DNA from: an uncultured Flavobacteriaceae bacterium
GTDB taxonomy: Bacteria > Pseudomonadota > Alphaproteobacteria > Micropepsales > Micropepsaceae
Reading direction: 5' to 3'
NCBI GenBank assembly: GCA_964647355.1
Contig: CAZYGK010000006.1
Coordinates: 1,215-65,214 of the forward strand
DNA length: 64,000 nt
Shown here: piece by piece, positions 58,451 through 64,000 of the stretch
Layout: every line of letters starts with the position of its first letter
How positions within the stretch are numbered: position 1 is the stretch's first letter
Notes under the pieces: generated by a model
Database searches by the model: none
What the model was told of the DNA's origin: nothing
What the model saw: only the letters and a program-made list of their open reading frames with translations
Program-made: the position numbers and the translations under genes

Positions 58451-60574
58451 ATGGCGCGGGCTGCTCAAGTCGAACAAATCGCGACGGAATCCGTCGCACT
58501 CAACCTTGCACCGCTGGTGGCACCGCACCGCAAGCAGGGCCGCCTGTCGTTGCGTATCGAGCGCATGCCGCAAGGCACGCGCTTGACCCGCGGCACGCGC
58601 AACAACGACAACACCTGGTCGCTCGCCTCCGACGAACTCGAAGATCTCGCCATTCAGGTCCCCGCGAACGGGAAGGACTTCAAGATCGGCGTCCGCGTCA
58701 TCAGCCTCATGAACGGCAGCACGCTCGTCGCCGTCGATGTCCCGGTGAAACCGGGTGAAGCCGCCGCGGGTGCCCCCGTCGGCGCCGCGCCGCCCTCGAC
58801 GATGTCACCGGCGGAAGCAGCCGAGCTAACCGTCCTTCGCCAAGAACTCGCCGCCGCCGAGGAAGCGCTCGTCGCCCGCGACAGTGAGCTTGCCGAACGC
58901 CTCGCAGCGGCCGCCGCCGATGCCGCCACGCAGTTCCAACAGACGCTGGCCAAGGCCGAGACCGCCTGGACCGAGAACGAAAACACCCGGCTCGCTTCGA
59001 TCCAGCAGCAATGGCAGGAAAAATTCGGCGAAGCGTTGGCCGAACTCGAAGCGGCCCAGAACCAAACGCACAATGACAAAGTGCGCGAGCTCGAGGAAAA
59101 GCTCGAACTCTTGCAAGCAAACCTCGCCGAACGCGAAGCGGCCCTGGCCAACGCCAAGACCGCCGATACCGCCGCCCGCGAGCGCGACACCAGCGCCACC
59201 CAAGACGCGCTTTCGAAGCTCTCGGACGCCCAAGCTAAGCTCGCCGAACGCGAAGCTGAGCTCGCCAGCGCGCGAGCCGCCGCCGACGCTGCGAAGCGCG
59301 AAGCGGAGACAACGCTCACCAAGTCCGAACAAGCCTGGCGTGACGGCGAAGCCGCACGTCTCGCCGCCGCCGAAGCGCAGTGGCGCGATGCATCGTCAAA
59401 GGCCCTGGCGGAGGCGCACGCCAATGCCGACACGCAGCGCGCGCAAGGAACGGCCAGCGAGCGCGATCTCCTGACACGCGTCACCGAATTGCAGGCCGCT
59501 GTCGCCGAGCGCGACGAGGCGCTGACCCGCGCGCAAGCCACCGCGGAACAGGCGCGCACGCGCGCCGCGCAGGAAGCAGCGGAACGCCTCGCCAAAGCCG
59601 AGCAGGCTTGGAAAGCCTCCGAAACCGCACGCCTCGCCGCTGTCGAAGCGACATGGCAGGCCAAACTCGACGCCGCGGCCGCGCAGGCTTCGACGCCCGC
59701 CCACGTCGCGGCTCCGGCCAACAACGCCGAGACGCAGGAACTGCGTGAGAAATTCACCGCGTTGCAGGCCAAACTCACGCTCCGCGATGCGGCAGCCGCT
59801 CGCGCCGCCAAACTCGCCGACGAAGAACGCCGCCGCTGGCAGAAGGAAGCGCAAGACGTCATCGTCAAAGCCGCGCGCGACCGCAAGGCGGACGAAAACA
59901 ACCGTCTCGCCGCAGCTCAGGCCGAGTGGAGCAAGCAGTCCGTGCGCGAACTTGCACTCGTGACCGCCCGCGCCGAAGCCGCCGAAGCCGCCCTCACCCA
60001 GCTGCGCATCCGCGCTGCGGAAGAGGCGCCGCTGCAAAAGGAACTCGCCTCACTCCGCTCCGCACTCGCGATCCGCGAAGCCGAACTCGAGCACTATCGC
60101 GGACCGCTCCCCAGCGAGGACGATACGAACTTAGCCCCGGAAACACCGGCGGCGACGCAGGCTCCCAACCCGCGCACCAAGCGGATGCTCCGCGACGGCA
60201 TGCTAGCGGCCGGCGTCGGCATTGCCGCCGTCATCCTGTGGCCGATCGTCTCCGGCCTCATGACGCCGCCCCCACCGCCGCCACCGGCACCCGAGCCTGT
60301 GGTCGCCACCACGCCCGCGGTACTCCCGGTCGCCGTCCTGTCCAAAGACGCCAAGCTTCGCGCCACACCCTCGATGTACGGCGACATCGTCGGCAAGCTG
60401 CCGCGCGCCACCAAAGTCGAGCTCATCGAAACCAAGGGTGAATGGACCCGCGTGCGCCCGTCCGAACCGCCGGCCAAAGGCGCTCCCGCCGAGGGCTGGG
60501 CGAAGTCCTCGCTACTCGAGGACGTTCCCGAGGTGCCGGAAAAGCCGAAGAAGACGCCGAAGAAAAAGAAGTAG
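58451..60574 (+). CDS. Bitopic Ala/Glu-rich coiled-coil protein with internal repeats, a poly-Pro linker and a C-terminal SH3b-like domain
   Basis: The protein is 707 aa with GAGGG upstream. There is no signal peptide. A coiled coil of about 400 aa is followed by a TM segment (MLAAGVGIAAVILWPIVSGLM, aa 584-604), then PPPPPPPAPEP, then an SH3b-like segment (AKLRATPSMYGDIVGKLPRATKVELIETKGEWTRVRP) and a Lys-rich tail. Confidence 0.7.
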   Translation: MARAAQVEQIATESVALNLAPLVAPHRKQGRLSLRIERMPQGTRLTRGTRNNDNTWSLASDELEDLAIQVPANGKDFKIGVRVISLMNGSTLVAVDVPVKPGEAAAGAPVGAAPPSTMSPAEAAELTVLRQELAAAEEALVARDSELAERLAAAAADAATQFQQTLAKAETAWTENENTRLASIQQQWQEKFGEALAELEAAQNQTHNDKVRELEEKLELLQANLAEREAALANAKTADTAARERDTSATQDALSKLSDAQAKLAEREAELASARAAADAAKREAETTLTKSEQAWRDGEAARLAAAEAQWRDASSKALAEAHANADTQRAQGTASERDLLTRVTELQAAVAERDEALTRAQATAEQARTRAAQEAAERLAKAEQAWKASETARLAAVEATWQAKLDAAAAQASTPAHVAAPANNAETQELREKFTALQAKLTLRDAAAARAAKLADEERRRWQKEAQDVIVKAARDRKADENNRLAAAQAEWSKQSVRELALVTARAEAAEAALTQLRIRAAEEAPLQKELASLRSALAIREAELEHYRGPLPSEDDTNLAPETPAATQAPNPRTKRMLRDGMLAAGVGIAAVILWPIVSGLMTPPPPPPPAPEPVVATTPAVLPVAVLSKDAKLRATPSMYGDIVGKLPRATKVELIETKGEWTRVRPSEPPAKGAPAEGWAKSSLLEDVPEVPEKPKKTPKKKK

Positions 60575-60576
60575 CC

Positions 60577-62589
60577 TTAGGCGAATTCCAGGATCACCGC
60601 ATCGACCGGCAGACTATCGCCGGGCTTTGCCGCGACGCGCTTGATGACGCCGTCCCGCTCGGCGCGCAGCACGTTCTCCATCTTCATCGCCTCGACCACA
60701 GCGAGCGGTTGACCGGCCTTTACTTCTTGGCCCACCTCGGCCGCGATCGAAACGACAAGACCCGGCATCGGACAAAGCAGCAGCTTCGACGTATCGGCCG
60801 GCGGCTTCACGAGCATGTGCGCGGCCAACGCCGCAACGCGCGGACGGCGAACCGTGATGCTCGCGTGCGCGCCGCGATGCACGATGCGGAAAACGTCGCC
60901 GCGCCGGGCGACCTGCATCGCAACGGCCTGCCCCGCCACCTCGCCGGAGAACACCGCCTCCCCGGGCTTCCACGAGCTCTCCACCTCGACCATCCGCGAC
61001 GACTTCCCGTCGCCAAGCCGTACCGCGATCACGTCGCGCCCCTCGATCATCGTCTTGACCGAAAGAACATCGGTCGTGTTGACCGTAACGGTCCAGTCGC
61101 GCGGCACGGCGGAACCGCCGTTCAGCTGCCCGGAGATCTTACGCCGCCGCTCCTCCTCGCGCAGCTGCATGAAGACGGCGGCCGACGCCATCTTGTCCTT
61201 CAGATCGTCGCTGAGCGGTGCGCCGTGAAATCCGTCCTTGAACTCCTCCGCAATGAAGTTCGTGGAAAGCCGTCCCGCGCGGAACCGCTCGTGGCTCATC
61301 ACCGCCTGCAGGAACGGAATATTGTGCGCGATGCCGTCGACAGAAAAATGGTCGAGCGCATCGCCCATCAGATCGATCGCCGCGTCGCGGTTGTTCGCGT
61401 GCGTGCACAACTTCGCGATCATCGGATCATAGAAGATCGAAATCTCCCCACCCTCAAACACGCCCGTGTCGTTGCGAATCGTCTTTCCCACGACGCTCGC
61501 CTCCGCCGGCGGCCGGTATCGCACCAATCGCCCCGTCGACGGCAGGAAGCTTCGGTAGGGATCTTCCGCGTAGATGCGGCTTTCGATCGCCCAACCCTTC
61601 AGCTTCACGTCGTCCTGCTTGATGGTGAGCTTCTCGCCCGCCGCCACCCGGATCATCTGCTCGACGAGATCGAGCCCCGTCACAAGCTCCGTCACCGGAT
61701 GCTCCACCTGCAGGCGCGTGTTCATTTCCAAGAAATAGAAATTGCGGTCCTTGTCGACGATGAACTCGACCGTGCCGGCGCTTTCGTATTGTACGGCTTT
61801 GGCAAGCGCCACGGCCTGCGCACCCATCGCAGCCCGCGTCTTCTCGTCCAGAAACGGCGACGGCGCCTCCTCGATCACCTTTTGATGCCGCCGCTGGATC
61901 GAGCACTCGCGTTCGCCCAGATGGATGACATTGCCGTGCTTGTCGCCCAGCACCTGGATCTCGATGTGACGCGGCTCGGTGATGTACTTCTCGATGAACA
62001 GCCGGTCGTCACCGAACGACGAACGCGCCTCGTTCTGCGAACTCGTGATCGCCTGTGCGAGCTCCACTTCCTTCCAGACGATGCGCAACCCCTTGCCGCC
62101 ACCGCCGGCCGAAGCCTTCACCATCACCGGATAGCCGATCTCGGCAGCAATCCGCGCGGCCTCTTTCAGGTCCTTGATCTCGCCGATATAGCCCGGAACG
62201 CAATTCACCTTCGCCTTCGCGGCGAGCTTTTTCGACTCGATCTTGTCGCCCATCGCCGAAATCGCATGCGCATTCGGCCCGATGAAGGCGACCTTCGCTT
62301 TTGCCAGCGCCTCGGCGAACGCCGTCCGCTCCGACAAGAACCCGTAGCCGGGGTGCACCGCTTCCGCCCCCGTCTTCTTGCACGCCTCGACGATCTTCTC
62401 GATCACGAGATAGGACTGCGCCGACGGTGCCGGACCGATCGCCACCGCTTCGTCCGCCATGTCGACGTGCAGTGCAGCCGCATCCGCCTCGGAGTAAACC
62501 GCAACCGTCTTGATGCCCATCTTGCGCGCCGTCTTGATGACGCGGCAGGCGATTTCACCCCGGTTGGCGATCAGTATCTTCTTGAACAT
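60577..62589 (-). CDS. pccA: Biotin-dependent acyl-CoA carboxylase alpha subunit (probably propionyl-CoA carboxylase PccA)
   Basis: The ORF track gives 60577..62658. ATG at 62589 gives MFKKILIANRGEIACRV. The protein has a biotin carboxylase/ATP-grasp domain, a BT domain and a C-terminal biotinyl motif VVEAMKMEN. At 670 aa it is a fused BC-BCCP form. Confidence 0.8.
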   Translation of the reverse strand: MFKKILIANRGEIACRVIKTARKMGIKTVAVYSEADAAALHVDMADEAVAIGPAPSAQSYLVIEKIVEACKKTGAEAVHPGYGFLSERTAFAEALAKAKVAFIGPNAHAISAMGDKIESKKLAAKAKVNCVPGYIGEIKDLKEAARIAAEIGYPVMVKASAGGGGKGLRIVWKEVELAQAITSSQNEARSSFGDDRLFIEKYITEPRHIEIQVLGDKHGNVIHLGERECSIQRRHQKVIEEAPSPFLDEKTRAAMGAQAVALAKAVQYESAGTVEFIVDKDRNFYFLEMNTRLQVEHPVTELVTGLDLVEQMIRVAAGEKLTIKQDDVKLKGWAIESRIYAEDPYRSFLPSTGRLVRYRPPAEASVVGKTIRNDTGVFEGGEISIFYDPMIAKLCTHANNRDAAIDLMGDALDHFSVDGIAHNIPFLQAVMSHERFRAGRLSTNFIAEEFKDGFHGAPLSDDLKDKMASAAVFMQLREEERRRKISGQLNGGSAVPRDWTVTVNTTDVLSVKTMIEGRDVIAVRLGDGKSSRMVEVESSWKPGEAVFSGEVAGQAVAMQVARRGDVFRIVHRGAHASITVRRPRVAALAAHMLVKPPADTSKLLLCPMPGLVVSIAAEVGQEVKAGQPLAVVEAMKMENVLRAERDGVIKRVAAKPGDSLPVDAVILEFA

Positions 62590-63392
62590 CAATTGCTCCA
62601 AAGCGCTTTGCGCCAGATGGGCTCGCCCGCAAACGTATGGCGATAGGCGATCGCCCACTTCTTGCCGCCGAGTTCGACGGCGCCTTTCTCTTTCTGCGTG
62701 GCCAGAAACGCCTTGAGGCGCGGCAACTCGCGACCGTCAAGGAAGATCGAATACGCGTCGCCCCGCCTCATCGCGCGCGGCGAGGTGAGCCCCGGCCATT
62801 CATTCGGCCAACTCACAGACGCTTGAGGCGCATAGGAATAGTCCCAAAGCATCACTTCGACATAGGCGGGTTCCCATGCGCGGCTAGCCGGATAGTCGAG
62901 TGCGCACAGCGCCTTGTGCACGGCAAAGAGCTCCGCAGGCGGCGCCTCATCGCCCTTCGGGTTCGTCGGCGCCGGCGGCGCCGCATTCCGGCAGCTCAAG
63001 CCATAAACGCTCGCCGCCCACTGTTGCGTACCGTTCGCGAAGTACAGCGCAGCCGTCGGCTGATCCGTCGCACCGCTCAACATGAAATGCTTCTTCGCCA
63101 ACGGACGCGCAGCCAACGGCGCCCACCTCTGAGACAGCGCACCCAGTTCCGCGGGGCTCAACTTGACAGAGTGGTAGGCAAAAGCCCTCTCACCAGTCTT
63201 CTTTGCGAACACCACGTCGCCGTTCTCATACACGGCGACGCGCGGCGTATCGGACCCGATCACCATCAGCCACGGGTCCTGCTCCATCAATACGGCGATC
63301 GGCTTAGGCCCGGCGAACGGATCGAACGGCGCCGCCGCCGCGGGAAGCACCGCGCCGCACATCGCCATCAGGATCGCGAGAAGCCGAACCAT
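62589..63392 (-). CDS. Exported hypothetical protein (267 aa)
   Basis: The signal peptide is MVRLLAILMAMCGAVLPAAAA|P. I recognise no family. Its TGA stop shares one base with the pccA ATG (TGATG). Confidence 0.55.
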   Translation of the reverse strand: MVRLLAILMAMCGAVLPAAAAPFDPFAGPKPIAVLMEQDPWLMVIGSDTPRVAVYENGDVVFAKKTGERAFAYHSVKLSPAELGALSQRWAPLAARPLAKKHFMLSGATDQPTAALYFANGTQQWAASVYGLSCRNAAPPAPTNPKGDEAPPAELFAVHKALCALDYPASRAWEPAYVEVMLWDYSYAPQASVSWPNEWPGLTSPRAMRRGDAYSIFLDGRELPRLKAFLATQKEKGAVELGGKKWAIAYRHTFAGEPIWRKALWSN

Positions 63393-63401
63393 CGTGCCGC
63401 C

Positions 63402-64000
63402 CTATTTCGCCCGCAGGCTACGCTCCCGCACCGCGCGGAACTCGTTGCCCTTGTACCAGGTAGGCCAAGCGTTCGAGTTGGCGATCGTGTTTCCGACCTC
63501 GTAGGCGACCTCCATGGTCTCGACCGGACCGCGCAGATCCCAGTTGTCGCTCCATTCGTCCGACGGCTGGTGATAGCGCTTCGTCCGATAGTCGTCGCGC
63601 AGCGCCATGCCTGCCGGAATGCCACCCTCGACGAGATCCGGTCCCTGCCCCGCATAGAGCATCGGCACGCCAACCTTGGCCAAGCTGATGTGGTCCGAAC
63701 GGTAGAACGAGCCCTTCTCCGGCTCCGGATCGGCCGTGACGACACGGCCGCGTGCCTTCAAGACCTTCCTCAAAACATCCTCAAGCTGCGACGCGCCGGA
63801 ACCGACGACGGTCATATCCTTCGAAGGTCCCGCAGGACCGACACCGTCAAAGTTCAATCCGGCCACAATCTTGTTCAGCGGCACCGGCGGATGCTGCGCC
63901 AGATAGGCCGAGCCCAGAAGCCCCTGCTCCTCCAGCGTCACGAACGCAAACATCACCGAACGCTTCGGCGGCGACGCGGCGAACGCCTCGGCCATCTCGA
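63402..64000 (-). CDS. M28-family metallopeptidase (3' part; gene continues beyond the right edge)
   Basis: The sequence is M28/aminopeptidase-like: VMFAFVTLEEQGLLGSAYL, SFYRSDHISLAKVGVP, RYHQPSD. The frame is open to the window end, so the ATG at 63995 is probably internal. Confidence 0.7.
   Translation of the reverse strand, partial: EMAEAFAASPPKRSVMFAFVTLEEQGLLGSAYLAQHPPVPLNKIVAGLNFDGVGPAGPSKDMTVVGSGASQLEDVLRKVLKARGRVVTADPEPEKGSFYRSDHISLAKVGVPMLYAGQGPDLVEGGIPAGMALRDDYRTKRYHQPSDEWSDNWDLRGPVETMEVAYEVGNTIANSNAWPTWYKGNEFRAVRERSLRAK

Noticed and set aside
58654-59901. A 415-aa Ser/Ala/Cys/Arg-rich ORF lies antisense to the coiled-coil protein gene.
   Set aside because: It mirrors the GCC/GAG-rich repeats of the sense gene. 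The composition (runs of SSS, AAA and C) is typical of an antisense shadow frame. The sense frame has an SD, a TM segment and an SH3b-like domain.

Overview
This is a high-GC, tightly packed chromosomal core region; GC content was judged by eye, not computed. Gene content and synteny look alphaproteobacterial and Hyphomicrobiales-like: NDUFA12 homologue, DUF2155, phoR-pstSCAB-phoUB, an Rrf2-nifS-sufBCDS-sufT-sufA operon, amiC-mrcA-prfB, aroQ-accBC-aat, and an M23 peptidase/bactofilin pair. I call about 62 protein genes and one tRNA-Ser(UGA).

Modules from left to right:
- 1-7463: a type II secretion cluster in the order gspF-H-I-J-L-M-(C/N-like)-D-K.
- 7.5-10.3 kb: an SCO1-type copper chaperone, an outer-membrane barrel and an MDR oxidoreductase.
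- 10.7-17.8 kb: the complete Pho/Pst locus, with two recognisable Pho boxes.
- 17.9-20.7 kb: tRNA-Ser and a few hypothetical genes.
- 20.3-28.2 kb: the suf Fe-S operon.
- 28.4-64 kb: envelope, division and housekeeping genes, namely tyrS, an AsmA/YhdP-like giant, bcp, M23 + bactofilin, prfB with its +1 frameshift, PBP1A, amiC, rne, an M48 protease, dsbA, thiSG, aroQ, accBC, aat, mlaD, NDUFA12, an M16 peptidase, an alcohol dehydrogenase (ADH), acyP, a repeat-rich coiled-coil/SH3b protein, pccA and an M28 peptidase.

I found no transposase, integrase, phage gene, CRISPR array, toxin-antitoxin pair or recognisable defence system. I cannot point to a clearly novel multi-gene system, and this looks like an ordinary core region.

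The observations most worth a second look are:
- a 93-nt near-perfect inverted repeat plus a small membrane ORF embedded between sufB and sufC;
- the non-canonical T2SS gene order with a lipobox-bearing secretin;
- repeated sharing of a palindromic CTAG stop by convergent gene pairs;
- an exported 427-aa protein with a single CXXCH motif;
- a 707-aa coiled-coil protein with four copies of an 'AW-x3-E-x2-RLAA-x-EA-x-W' module.

All family calls come from reading the translations. No database search was run.
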